Shown here piece after piece: positions 24,701 to 39,299 of a stretch of DNA of 64,000 nucleotides. The notes under the pieces were generated by a model. That model did not search any database, had not been told where the DNA came from, and saw only the letters and a list, made by a program, of their open reading frames with translations. Source of the DNA: Raillietiella orientalis. Taxonomy: Eukaryota. The first letter of the stretch is position 1; each line of letters opens with the position of its first letter. The position numbers and the translations under genes are program-made. Location: assembly GCA_036172245.1 (NCBI GenBank), contig JAYWIR010000020.1:124001-188000 (forward strand). Direction: 5' to 3'.

Positions 24701-25750
24701 TCTCTCGTGGCAGATGGTAAGCGACAATGCATGTGCGCTCAAGGCCTCCTTCGAACCGAAGACCATGAAGGAGGTCGCTGGAGGAGCCGACGAAGCTTCT
24801 GAGAGAGTGAAAGGAAAGAGGAAGAAGGGAACAAACAGGAAGAGGAGAGAAAGGCAAGGATCAGAGGTAACAGAAGGAAGGGCGAGGTGAGGCCCGCAAT
24901 AATCGAAGATCGCCTGGCCCAGGGTTTCGGCAGAACGTCCCTCTTCCGGACGGAAGGCAGCTGTCGGACTGGCCAGGAAGGGAAACAAGCAAACCGCGCG
25001 TGATCCCGTGATCCGGGATCGGCACGCGCGCAGTGAAATTTCCCCCCCCACCCCCACCTCTCTCCAGTTTTCCCCCTGACAAAGCTGCAAAGAGCTGGGG
25101 CCCGCGCGCTGGGCGGAGGAATTGAAGATCCGTCCCCCTGGCCCGGACAGGAGGGAAGTGGGGAGGCGGGATGGGATCGAAATTTCTCTTTAGATCTCTG
25201 GGCGGGGATGATTTCCGGAAGGATCCTGGGAAAAGTTCTGCCGGAGTAAGAGGCTCGGGTCTTCCCCGACTGCTGTGAGGGGAGTTGCGGCTGTTACAGG
25301 CGTGTGGCGAGGAGGATCTCCGGTAAAAGGAAATGGCGCGGGACGGTTACTAATGGCGACATAACTTCGTGGCATCTTCAGGACCATCTTCCTCCTCTTT
25401 CTTACTTTTTGTTTTTTGTTTTTTTATCCAGGTACAGGAGTGTCCTTTCGTCCGAGATCACACGAGCTGCTCTCGAATGGACCGGAGAAGGCCTTCCATG
25501 CCACCGTCTCTCTCGCTGATCCTCCGACCGTTCGGGAGAGGAGCACAATGAATGCTCATCTGCTCTATTTCCTTGGAGACCCGCATTCGGCTTGGTAACC
25601 CCAACACTGAGAATACCGGGGGAAGAGTGGCGAATGTCTTAATCCGCAGGGGGATGCACTTCGTTGGAGAGCGTGGCTGCAATGGGATCTTGAGGAACGG
25701 GGCGGGCCGCATCCCAGCGTAGGATTTTCGGGACGAGACTGCTTCGGGGT
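21800..25750 (-). mobile_element. Heavily decayed, possibly near full-length L1/Tx1-type element (ORF1, EN, RT); boundaries approximate
   Basis: Motif remnants occur in the expected order on the minus strand. ORF1-like: VFSVLGLPSR, MPRSYVAISNRPAPFPFTGDPP (about 25.6-25.3 kb). EN-like: HLRNKETLD, WSSRGTGVAM, ALSLLDIPKG, RALHPRDR (24.6-24.1 kb). Linker: PPGPGS (about 22.7 kb). RT-like: NHLSMCKD...KCQEASDSH (about 22.3 kb). Many stops and frameshifts. Confidence 0.42.
23599..23652. repeat. Perfect 19-bp inverted repeat forming a 54-nt hairpin
   Basis: GGTAGTTTCTCGTTTTATT (23599-23617) and AATAAAACGAGAAACTACC (23634-23652). The spacer also pairs (GCCAG-ccat-CTGGT). Confidence 0.95.
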
Positions 25751-27029
25751 CAGCTCCCTGCTGCTGGCTCGGAATGCGTCTTCGGGGATTCGAGATCCTT
25801 TTGTCTGAGGGATGCGAGGCAGGAGACCGGACGCACACTGGCCAGAGATGCGGCCACCCTACTGTTTGCTACCCAGCTTTCACCTTCTAGGCCCACCTCT
25901 TACCCGACCCAGGGAGAGCGTGCAAGGGGAAGCTCTTCGCGACGGATGCTGTCTCTGCAGCCACTGGCTGGAATGGCACCACATCCTTGCTTTCCCTTCT
26001 CTTCTTAGAGAACGGACTTCCGGATCGGGAAGGAAATCGTCGTCTCCCGGAAGCGCGATTCGGATACGAGGCTGCCAGGGACGGTTGGTTGCGTTCTTTG
26101 CCTTCATCCCGATACTTCTTCCCTCTTCTTCCCGCCTTGGAGGAAGCAGGAGTGGGGAATTGACGGGGGTGAGCGATGATGACAAGGGGATTGCGTTCCT
26201 TAGGTGGCAGGCTGCATTGAGTAGGCACCGACCCCATGCATCTTCTCGGCAGCAGCTTCCAACCCTCGGTCATCTTCCCTCCTTTGCCCGCCGCCGAAAA
26301 ACATGGCAGTCTTCACCGGGGACCGTTGGCTGGCTCAGCTTTGAGGGCGCTCTCGGCGCACCGCCGAGGGCGAGGGATAGCAGCCCTAAGCTGGGACGCA
26401 GCCAGTTCCCTTCCCGGGAACCTCTCGCAGGAGGCAGGACGCGGTCCCACGAAGTACGTTTCCTTGCGGGCTAAGGCTTTCGTCTCTTCTCCTGGCATTT
26501 CCATTGCAGGAGGAAGAGGAAGGGAGCTCGAAGCTCCAGGAAGGGGTGCACCTGGAGCACCCTCGAAAGAGTCGTCTCTGGAGTCCTCCAACGGAATCCA
26601 CCCCTGCTCATCCCTCGCCGATCCTCCTTTGGGACGTTCCCGACTCCGGCTCACCGACCCGCCTTTTACCTCCACTGTACTGTTTTAGTTTCCCTGTCCA
26701 GTTTGTTTGAGCGAATCTGCCCAGCAAGGAGGGAGGAGGGGGGAGAACTCTGTTCTCCATCAAAGGATCACGCATCCTCGCTTTGCTCCTCTTTCCTGAC
26801 GAAGGGCACAGAGCTGGAGCTCTCCTAAAGACCATGAATACCCTGAACGGCGAGCTTGTCCTTCGGCATGCGCGGCAGCCACCTCTTCCAGCTGCTGCTG
26901 CCTCCACGCGCCGAGGACTGCCTTCCAACAGTCCCACCCTGTGGTTCCTGAACGGAGGATGGAAGGTTCTCCGGAACAGGGAAGGGGGCAAGAGGCAGGG
27001 AAGGAAGGAGAGGGAGAGGCAGTTTCCAC

Positions 27030-29130
27030 CTCAGTATACACCGGGATAATATATATAAGAAAAACGGGAAAGTTACGGAGCGAAAGGGAGTGGGCAATAA
27101 AAAACAAATAAATAAAGGGATTTTGTGGACAAGGGTCAACGGTGTGGGACGTTCCTTCACTTCAAAACCGAATCTGGACGGCGGCAATCTCCGCTTTCCC
27201 TTCTTCTTCCAGGTGAATCCACCTTGCAGCCGTTCTCGTGTAGGCGGCTGGCAATCCGGTGACCTCCCTTCGCTGCATGGTCGTCTCGATCACATGCCAG
27301 GCCGCGCCGATGGATCGGTGGCAGCCCATGCTTGCGACTATGGCGCCTGACGAGAGCCTTCCCGGCGCGAAGAACCGTCGCAGCATATCTCGGGTGGTGT
27401 TTTCCTGATGCAGGAGTGCCGCTGTCAGCCTTCGCCACAGTTCCTGGACGGCAGCGCAGTCCCGAAGCAGGTTCGGCGGTATGGAATCCGCCGGCCCGCA
27501 TCTGGCACAGTTAGGGGATGCAATCCCTGCGGTAACGTGGTGCCGCCGTTCGTTGAAAAGCAATCGTCAGTGGAGGAAGAGCAGCAAAGCTTCTTTTCAG
27601 GAGAGAGCGAACACTGAAGTGTCTAAACATTGGGGAAGGACCACAAGTTCCTCAGGGTCAGCACTCGACAGTTCGCTCCACCGAAGGAGTTCCATCGCCA
27701 AAGCACGCGGAGTGGCAGCATCCACCAGCTCGCGCGTCTTCCAGTCATTAAGGAGTTTCGTTTTTCTCGCGATGGCACAGGAAACTCCCACCTCGCCAGT
27801 AGGCTACTGTCATCTCTTGCTCTGAGGTCAGACAGTGGAGCGGCAAGGGATGTTGCGGCCAGGCTCGACCACTTTGCCGTGTCCTGCATCACCACTTCTA
27901 AAGGTCGAGGTAGCAAGTGTCTCAGGGGGCAGACTTCGTCATTGGGAGGCAGGAGATCCATGGCTATGCTTCCACTAGGGAGGCGAGTTGCCTCAAAAAG
28001 AAGCCGAATCCATGCATTTTGCAGAGAAAGTGAGGCAGCCACGATAAAAGCTGCCGATGCATCTCCCGAGGAGGCTTGCTGGAGCACAAAACGGAGAAGT
28101 TCACAGCTTGACGCTAAGTACTAAGCTGCATCAGTATACACTTGCGCCAGCATCCGTAACTGCGACATCTGCATCCCGGTTTTCTCCAGAGTGAGAATGC
28201 CTAAGCAGGATTGGCATCCCGGCACAAAGCCGTAATGTTTTTGAGGCAGATCCCGGACCTTACAGGTTTCCAAAGGGCGTTCTTCAGCATGCATTGAGCC
28301 CAGAGCTTCGCCTCGTAGGGGGAGGGACAAACAAAAGCAGAGGTGGAGGAGATGGGTCACGAAGGCGTTCCAAACTGCAGCCCGCTCCGACAAGCTGAAC
28401 ATGCCATCGAGGAACCGGTTGAGAGCCATCTCAGCCTCTCGCAGGCAGTTCGACCACGCTTCGGCAGCGCCCAAGGCGCCCAACGGAACGTCCAGGTTTC
28501 CGTGAGGATCTCCAGTTGAATTCAGTCGGATTGACCTTCCTACGACGCGCCTAATCGGGACGACCATGCTTCCGAGATCACCGCTGCCTTCCGTGTCCGA
28601 TCCTCTGCGGTGGAAGCGGACACCGGGAAAGCGCTGCACAAACATCCCCATCGATCCCTCCGTCTGGCAAATTCGGAGTTCCTGGAACCTTCGGAGTGGT
28701 CCTTTTGGACCACTCCTGCTGATAATAATGTCCACGACTTCACCTGGGGACCTCTGGACCTGTTTATTCTAAAGGAGGAGGAGCAGAGAAAAGGGATGAA
28801 ATGAGGATGAGAGACAATTCCTCTTCCCCCCCTTTCCCAGATTGTTCTTCCCATTGCCGCATTCCACTCGCCTCTTTGACTGCTCCTGCACATCTTTACC
28901 ACTTCTCCTTTCCCCGCACAATCAACTATGGGAGGATCCGACTGCCCCATATTCCTCTCTCCCCATGCTGTATAGCTGTCTCAGGAATCACCAGTGGCAT
29001 CGTCGGCTGGGTGCCACCCCGGAAGGACCCTTGGCCATGGCAGTGGGAAAGTTGGTGCTCTTGCTCCCCCCACCCCCTTTTGCGTGCTCTCGAGCTTCTG
29101 TCGCATAGCGACGGGCAAGGCTCGTGGACC
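27030..29130 (-). mobile_element. Older, frameshifted 5'-truncated L1/Tx1-type LINE of the same family as 41662-43269
   Basis: ORF fragments 28121-28735, 27623-28087, 27597-27791 and 27162-27563 align colinearly with the 41887-43302 ORF. Examples: LDVPLG..EAWSNCLREA vs YLGVPLG..EVWSDCLRKA; LGILTLE; LRARDDS; SPNCARCG vs SPNCKRCG; both end in RF-stop. The 3' UTRs are also similar. The GC-rich sequence ends abruptly near 29135. Confidence 0.88.
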
Positions 29131-31399
29131 TCATAGGTGTAATTTGTTTGTTGAGAAAATTCCACATAATTGCTATAGTGAAAAAAAAAAAAAAACTTTC
29201 CCATTAACAATTATCTCCAAAATTCGTCTTATTGAATAACGTTTGAAATTTCACTAAGAACTTTTTAGAGAGCTGTAAAATGCATTCCGTGGAGTGCCTG
29301 AAGCCGGAATTAAAAACCAAACTGGTAAATTCACGTACTCATATTGATTATGGTATACAAGTGAAACCAGTACCCAAAACCAGGGCCGAAAATCGTCAAG
29401 TTATATAATGTTCATATTTCTGTATTTTTTTTTCCTGTCATATTTCAATAATAATTTCAATTCTTGAAAGAACTTTTGTTTACCTATATCCAGGTACTTT
29501 TATTAATGACAGTAATTGGTATGAAACGAATGCAATTACAAAAAAGAGAAAACAGATAGGAATTAAAGTAGTGAATAGAATAAAAAAAAAAAAAAAAAAA
29601 ACGCAGCTGCTGAATTTTAGTTCCAGCATACCGGGTACGTATGTGAAACAAAAAAAAAAAAATTCTTCTGCTTCATATGGCAGCACTGACAGTGCTGTTT
29701 TTCCCTGTCTTCCCATGTTAAACATCCAGTTGAAGATGGGAGCAATACATTGCAAAGTTCAATTCCACAGCAATACGTGGGATCAGACATAATCTCGATT
29801 GAATCGCTTCCTTGGTTGTGTAATGACATTTATCTTTGCCTTCACGCTTCAAGTCCCTGATGACAACATCTTCTTTATCAACGAAATTGCAGCGTTGGCT
29901 CATTTTCTTTATCAACACAACAGGCGATTTTTTCGATGTAAACACATTGCGAGCATTCTGTCTTGCTAAAGTTACTTCTATCTACACGTGAATGCATTTA
30001 GTTTGAATTGTTTGTGACAGATTGAGAGATTGTCCATTTGTGAATGCGATTTTCTGTGAAAAATCCTCGAACCCATTCGTTTCTGTATCAAGAACGTTGT
30101 TTCTGATGTTCTTCGATGACTGAGAAGGATTGTTCTTGTTAGCCATACCTGGAAATTTGCACTGCAAATTCATTCAACTCCACTGCAAATTCGTTTTCAA
30201 CCACTAAAAAACAGAATGGTGGATGAATCTGTTTTAGTTTGAACACGTTTGGAGTTGTGAAAATAAACCTGTGAGCTAAAGTCCAGAAAGGAATCTGGTT
30301 CTCTTGATTTTTGATGGCACCGTAGAGATCTAATGCGATTGAAACACTTGATCATGATACAGTTTCCTCTGGCTCTTTTGTCATTTTTCAGCCGAAGTCA
30401 AGGTCCTGCTTATTTTGTCTCTATTGCACGCTGCAATTTCTGGCTGCATCCAAAAGGTGCTGCTTATACTGAAGAATTGAAAAGAGTTTGCTTTTATTTC
30501 CCCCTCCTCACTCTGACCCCATTCTTCAACCCTTTTAAAAAAGATTGAGCTGTTTGGGAACTTTACAGTTTGTGTCTTGTCAGTATTACAACATAACAGT
30601 TTCAAGTAATAAAGGGAATTTCATTACGTACTAAACATAGCAAAGCACATGGCAGCATTTTCTACAGTGGCAGTGAGTAAAAACTTGGAAAGAGCTCAAC
30701 GACCGCACCAACCGCCAGTCATTTCATTGCATCGCCATCGGCGTTAAAAATGGAGATAACAACAAAGAATTGTGGAATTCTGTGTGCTCCTTTGAGAGAA
30801 CTGCTACAGAAATTCTCGGTGACCCACTCTATCTTTTTTCTTTTTTCCCGCTCTCATGAAGTTTATTTTTACGATGAACGAGAGTCCAGGCGAGGAAAGT
30901 CTCCAGAGTTCAAGCTCTGTCTTACAAGACGTGCGGCCCTACCAAGCTGTAAATGCAGCCTATGTAAATTCCTATTTACAATAATTGAACTGAGATTCAG
31001 AATGCACTTGAGCGACGCAGGAGTATCACGAAAGTGACGCTCATGCGGATCTCGTATTTTCAGTCAGCTTCGATTGGTCCATTTGCCGATGGAACCAATT
31101 CTGGCTCACAGTCTGGCTTCTGACTGGGATTCTAGACTGCAGAGTTCCCAGTGCACTAATGAAGTGTATGCAAAAGCTGTCGAAGCTGCTTCCTGATCAC
31201 TAAATCACATGTTTCGGCGCTGGGCAAACAAACATATAATGGATAGGTATGAGGGCTTTCACAAAAAACTTTGGAATCAAGGAAAAAAAGCTAGAGGAAT
31301 CCGATGAAGAAATTGAAGATGCTCAGGATGTATCTGCGCCTGAGCTTGAAAAACATCGCATCGCAAATGGTGGTGTTCAGAGAGTGAAAAAAGTGGTCC

Positions 31400-33200
31400 A
31401 TAAAAGGGACATCTTATGCCAGTAAGCTTTCGTCCTGACCGGAAAGAAGTTTCAGAATCTACTGATTTGCATTCGTAAGGTATAATCATAACACTTTACA
31501 GGTCGATGCACACACATATCTTCGCAAAACTGCAAACTCCTTGACAAAAAAAAATTATTAGGATCAATTTAGAGCTCAATATTGCTAGATCACAAAACCT
31601 ATTGGAAAGCAAGTTTGTGAGGCGGAACTAATCGCTTTAAAGGATTGAAAGGACTTGAAATAAAAGTTCTCCTTGTGAGAATCCTTGTCGCATAAGAAAT
31701 TTGTTCTAAAATGCTTCGATGTCTCTATAGTTGACATCAGCTGCTTTTCCATCAATTATCTCCTAATGGCTTCTCTGGCTTCTCCAGAATGGCAATGGGC
31801 AAACTAGGGCAGCATGCGCGTCTACATGACGGAAACAATCCTGCATTGGCACAAGAAGCGCCATTTCCTTTTTTCGAAATTGGAATACAAACGGTAAAAC
31901 AAATCGGACAAATCAGCCTGGTTTATATTGCTGTAATTCGGCTTTCATTAATCTTGGATTAAGTTGGGCAGAGGATGCAACCAATTGCATAGATGGAAGG
32001 GCAGCGTGACCAGAAGAGCTTGCGCACTGTTGCTCTCAAGCACTCCGGGCTAATACTCTTGCGGTGCTCTCGTGTACTTTGAAACCATTCTGAAATTAAC
32101 CATTTCCTTATCAAGATCAAGGAATTTGTTCTCTGTTTCTTTCAACCGTTCAGAATAGATCTTCTTAATACGAACGAGCGAGCAGGAAGCCAATGAAGAA
32201 CACGCAGCTTCCTCTGGTTCCATGCAGTTATAGTGGGACTGGAGAAAGTACGTCTTGGCTTCAATGCATTCGGATTTATTTGATTCTTATATTTATGTTA
32301 CATCACACTTATGTTTGACATATGAATAAGATTAAATCGAATCGAGTAAACATCGATAAAAAGGTTCCTTAAGCAAAAAAATGAGATCAAATGCATTGAA
32401 AACAGAATGAAATAGAGTGTAAGTGGAAACTTATTTAAAAGGTCTCCAGAACTAATAGGAAAGCCAAACAAAAAGAAAAAAGTCTTAATTTTCAGCTCTT
32501 TTTTCCTTCTAATACAAAAAAAAAAACATTGGGATAATTCCAATAAGAATCCAGAAATTTCACTTCTCCTATTTATACCTGGAATTCAAAACTGAAGCTG
32601 TGAGGAATGCAGCTATTTGTCGTTTCAGATTCTTGCTACGACCCTATCGAGCTCTTTCGGCAGAGAATTCCTGATGAAGCTCCTATCATTTAGTCGATTG
32701 GGCTTACCAACTTATCATTCTATCATACTCTATGAATAATCAGCATCCTGAAATCATACTGTCATTGGAGAAGGCTAATCAACATTGCTCGGACATTACT
32801 TGTAATAGGGAAAATTCGTTGAATCTTATGTCAGCATTTGCAGGAATAACACGTGGTAATGCATAATTAAAGTTGTGCCTTACAAACTAAAATTCGTAGA
32901 ATAAATGAGTTTTGACGACCATCCAGGGCTGCAGTGAGGTTTTCTCCTCTCCGTGCCCTACTCCTTATCCCCCACTAGCTTGGTCAACGTGTACTTCGTT
33001 ATGCATTGCGATAAATGCACATATTATTCACCTTTTAGAAATCACGAAATTCGATTTGAAGGTGATGGCATCAGTCGGAAGATCATTCAGACTTGTCTTT
33101 CTGACAATAAAGACATCTTCATGTCATCTCCACATTCTTCGAACGTGTAGTGTAGGAATACTTGTAATAATCTTCATAATGAAATCTGTTTTCGGATAAA
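31400..33200 (-). mobile_element. Very old, AT-rich LINE ORF2 remnant
   Basis: Ordered remnants: ILVCRHNFNY (resembles GDFN, about 32.88 kb), NQADLSDLFYRLYSNF (linker FYxxLY, about 31.9 kb), ETSFRSGRKLTG (resembles QxGFxxGR, about 31.45 kb). Confidence 0.28.
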
Positions 33201-33991
33201 TACTGGCCTAGGATTGGGATAGAATATTGAGAATTGGGAATTATGCTGAAGGGGCGCAAATTTTCTAAATTTAGTTTTTATTCCAGGCAATTTCTGATGC
33301 ATGAATAACGAGGATCCTATATCTGCAAACAGTCTCCATCATCAAACGCACATTTGTTTGTACAATTTTTTTTTTTTTTTTGTCTTCGATTCAAATATAC
33401 TCTTCCTGGCAGCTCTAATTAACTCTCGGAGGCAAAAACCTTGAAAACGACCTGAGGACAATTGTCATCAATAATGCATCATGGCTAAGGAACTAAGCTC
33501 ACAGAAATCCATAGAGGGCAGCTTTCGTGGACTAGGTGTCCACTCCGAGCAAAAGTTATGCGTCGAGAAAATCACTACAAATTCAATGAAACATTTTTTC
33601 ATTCCAGGACAACTGTTCGCTCTTAAAGATAAACGGTAGAGATTAAATTGGAAGAGTAATGAATAGTTAGTATAAAAAATAACTCGATGATGCGACAGTA
33701 TATTTTGATTTGAGCAGTTTCCGTGCCTTTGCGTTCTGCTGCTCGTTCATATGCACTGGTTAATGATTATTAACTTCCTGCCCCCAATGTTCTGTAAATA
33801 AAAGGTAAGTTGTAGGTTGAAGGTTGTTAAGTAAAAGGTTAAGGTTGCTTAAAGTAGGTTGTTTCATGAAGGTGTAAAAGCAGAATTGTTGTTTGTTAGA
33901 CACACAATTGTCGTCGAGCTTAGGGCTTGTGAGCACATCAGAGTCGGTTGCTGCAACGCTCTGAGTTACGGACAACTTCGAAGCTCAGTCC

Positions 33992-34415
33992 ATGGTGGTC
34001 TCAGCGGAGCCGCGTCTGTGCCATATGATGAGATGGCCCCACTACAACGGCTACGGGTTCAGAGTGCACACAGGCAAGAAGAGCTCCTGGCAGTACATCA
34101 GACATGTGGAAGCAGGCTCACCCGCGGAGGTAGCGGGGTCTGAAAGAGGGAGATCGCATCATGGAGGTCAACGGAGTCGACGTCTGCGAAGAGAATCACC
34201 AGCAGGTGGTGAAGCGTATCCGTAAGGAACCAAACGAAACGCGCCTTCTGGTGGTGGACTCCGCAACTGATGCTTACTACAGGGACACTGTCATGATCAT
34301 CTCCAGCAACCACGAAAGAGTGATCTTCAGGACCTCAGGCAGTGGCGAAAGTCACCAGCGGTCTTCCTCCCAGGGTAAGGAGGCTGCGGCTGCCGGGTCG
34401 GAGGTCGGTTATTGA
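33992..34415 (+). CDS. NHERF/EBP50/Sip1-like single-PDZ protein with a 1-nt frameshift (assembly error or pseudogene)
   Basis: [20 protein letters not shown]...[11 protein letters not shown], then in the next frame [40 protein letters not shown], is a typical NHERF PDZ domain with its GYGF loop. Removing one G from GGGG at 34135-34138 gives a continuous 140-aa ORF. A possible donor G|GTAAGG lies at 34374/34375. Confidence 0.85.
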
Positions 34416-34797
34416 TCTGCCCCGAGAGCTGAAGTGCTGATGTCATCAAATTAGCTGCTCTCGATGTATTCTAAAAGCGCATGAAACGGAAAAGCATGAT
34501 GATTAGATTGTTCTCAAACACCTTTTACCTCGTGGAGATTCCTTTTTTCATGACGAACTTGAATCACTCAACTTCTCGACAACTCGACTCGACGGCAAGT
34601 TTTGAGAAATTTAATGCAGAGTGCCAAACACTGAAGAACAGACAATTGATAAACAAAATTTTGGAACATCAGGGCGATTGTGAGCCAGTCTCTTCGAAGC
34701 TGAAGAAAATCCGCCCTTCTTTCACCATCAAGTGAGCTAATAAGGAACATTTGCAGATGCAAATGCAATTACGAATCATGTGGAAACATACATTGAC

Positions 34798-34856
34798 AAG
34801 AAAACACCTACTACCACCAGCAGAAAAATTCTGTTGGTGGTGGTAGGCGTTTTCTT
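34798..34856. repeat. 28-bp-arm imperfect hairpin with a 3-nt loop
   Basis: AAGAAAACACCTACTACCACCAGCAGAA-aaa-TTCTGTTGGTGGTGGTAGGCGTTTTCTT has 25/28 Watson-Crick pairs. Two of the three exceptions are G-U pairs on the + strand RNA. Confidence 0.93.
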
Positions 34857-35759
34857 CTGTTTCTTCAAAGAGTTACCAAGGATTCTTCTTCCAGAGAAGC
34901 AAGCGACTGAGGATTCAGCTGGAATTGGACTGGAGAAAAGTTCGTTTTCAAGTAAATTTCTTGACAGTAAGGGTGACTGGCATATCATGTTTCCTTTTCT
35001 GATGAGTCTGGTAAGTTCGTTTAGCTAGCAGTCGTCAGACCGAAAGAGCGGAAATGCACACACAACCCTCCTGAGCAGGACATTACTTGTGACGCATGTA
35101 CAAAATAAAACCGCCAAAATTAATAAACGATGATTTCAGTTTGGCATGGGGAGGTCATGTACCACAAAGATCACTTTCAGACTGAAATACAACTGCATAG
35201 CATCGGATTCTCAATACTTATCAAATTTTGCATGTAATTATATCCATTCAGAAATGAGAGCAAGACTCAAGCTCTTCCCCAAAGTATTTTAGTTCTGTTC
35301 TCCTATTCGATCCTGTTATCTGCGAATATTATGTATGAGTCCCGATTTTCTGCAATCTATTGTGGGCTCACGCGTATGACCTGCCGCTGCTTTTCAATTC
35401 CAAAGCTTAAACCTTTGACGGATGCTTTGTCTTTAGCGGAAGAGTTCATACTTCAGTTTTACACAATAAACTGACAAAAGCCTTGTCTGGGCATGTATGA
35501 TTAAAAGCACTTTTTTTTTTTTTTTTTTTTTGTAATCAACAGTTGACCAACTTTGGCAGTTTGATTCTTGGCATAGAATCAATAACTACCCTTTGTTACT
35601 GTGTGCTGTTGCATGTACACATGAGCACATTTTTGATGAGGTTTTTGAAGGACCATGGGCATTTAGATCTACACAGCAATCTTGAAAGCTTATCTGCTGC
35701 ATTTAAGACATATATTTGGTGTAAACTGAAATTCTGATGAAACAAACAACTTACTATGT

Positions 35760-35776
35760 AATAAAACAGTTTTATT
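35760..35776. terminator. Palindromic poly(A) signal on both strands
   Basis: AATAAAA-cag-TTTTATT gives AATAAA on + (35760-35765) and on - (35776-35771). It lies about 50 nt past the ALDH7A1 stop and downstream of the convergent PDZ gene. Confidence 0.55.
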
Positions 35777-35824
35777 GGTATTACTTCAACATGAAAATCA
35801 GTATTAAAAAAAAGGCTTTGCATT

Positions 35825-37924
<2,100 letters not shown>

Positions 37925-39299
37925 GATTGACACGGTGGTATGCAATGACCTGACTCCAGCGTAGGACCTCACCGCCGCCGGCTGGCAAGTCGGAAGCAAC
38001 AGAGCCAACGCACCCAAAATGCTACTGCCTCCAAGACACACAACAGCCGCCATCCAAAGGTGACATGGTGACCGTCAGCAAAGCATTTCTGCAAGACTGG
38101 AAGCCATGGGAGCAATCTACTGCAAAACCGGCAATTTCGTGTTCATACGACAGAGATCAACACAATCCTTAAGGATCCATTGGGAAGCACTGAACCCGCT
38201 AGTGGAGGTCGACTGATAATAACGAAAATGCTAACAGAACAATACTGAGAAACTTCCAAGTTACACATACGAAGATACAAGGAGCTTAGCGAGACAGTGA
38301 AATTGCTGCTGATAAATTAGGAAAACTATCGAACTTGGTATTAATTCAATAGCATAGTGGACCGTCTGTTTCCAATGAATAGTAATCTCAACAGCATGGT
38401 GGATTGCCTGTTTCAACTCTACAATTTAACTTTTTTTTTTTAGGAACTTATTCTTAAAGAGTTCACGAAAAATACAACAACAAAAAAATCAAATTCTGAA
38501 ATCTTAGATATTAGATATCCGGAGATAAAATACTCATTGTTCTTGAATTTTAGAAATAAGCTTCTTCATATGGATCTTCAATGGCAGCGCATAAATCTCG
38601 TAGCTTGTTTGTGTGCAGATCTGCCTGCATTAACTTTGAAAAAAAGCACAAACAAAAGTCACAAGGATAAAAAAACAAAAAAAAAAATACAAGCCCAAAA
38701 GGTTCTTTTCTGTTAGAAAGGCAAAATACTGAAATGGAATGTGTAATTTCTAAAAGTGCAAATAGTTATCAGCTTTTTAAGGAGACCAGGTAGCACGTTC
38801 AAATAGTACTGAAAAGAAAGACAGTGGTTCAGCTCATTTTTGGATGTCTTTTGTTTTGCGTAGTACTATTCCAGTATATTCCACCTCTGTATTTCCAGAT
38901 AGTAATTCCACTTAAGTTCAAAATTTACCAAAACCAGACGAAATATGATGCACACTGCTTATTGTTCACAGTAATAATACAATTTCACATTATCAGTCAG
39001 ATATCATAAAAAGAAATTTATTTAAAGAGACTTCGCATAGGGAAGCAGTCCGAAACAGACTAAAGTGCTTTGAATTCCGCATACAGATATCGATAGGAGG
39101 ACGCTGATCAGTGGTCAAAGTATATATGTGGTGCAGTGTGGAAGGCAGTAATAAAAAGAGGGAACACTGATCTGGATAGTGATCCAGATGGCATTTTCAG
39201 AAGTTTCCCTTTAATACTTAACCATGTACAACGGAAAATGGCAATGCATTTTAAGATGAACATAGAATTATCTTTCAGAGACTCGAAAAGAGCATGAAG

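Noticed and set aside
29718..30173. Two same-frame minus-strand ORFs separated by one TAG (possible readthrough gene)
   Set aside because: No recognisable homology or splice context; more likely decayed repeat.
34990..35075. Hammerhead-like CTGATGAG-TCTG...CAGAC-CGAAA
   Set aside because: There is an extra C before GAAA, and I could not build helix I, helix III or an NUH cleavage site.
39088..39095. DRE motif TATCGATA upstream of ALDH7A1
   Set aside because: It is over 1 kb from the start codons and another copy lies in a GPATCH3 intron, so there is no positional support.
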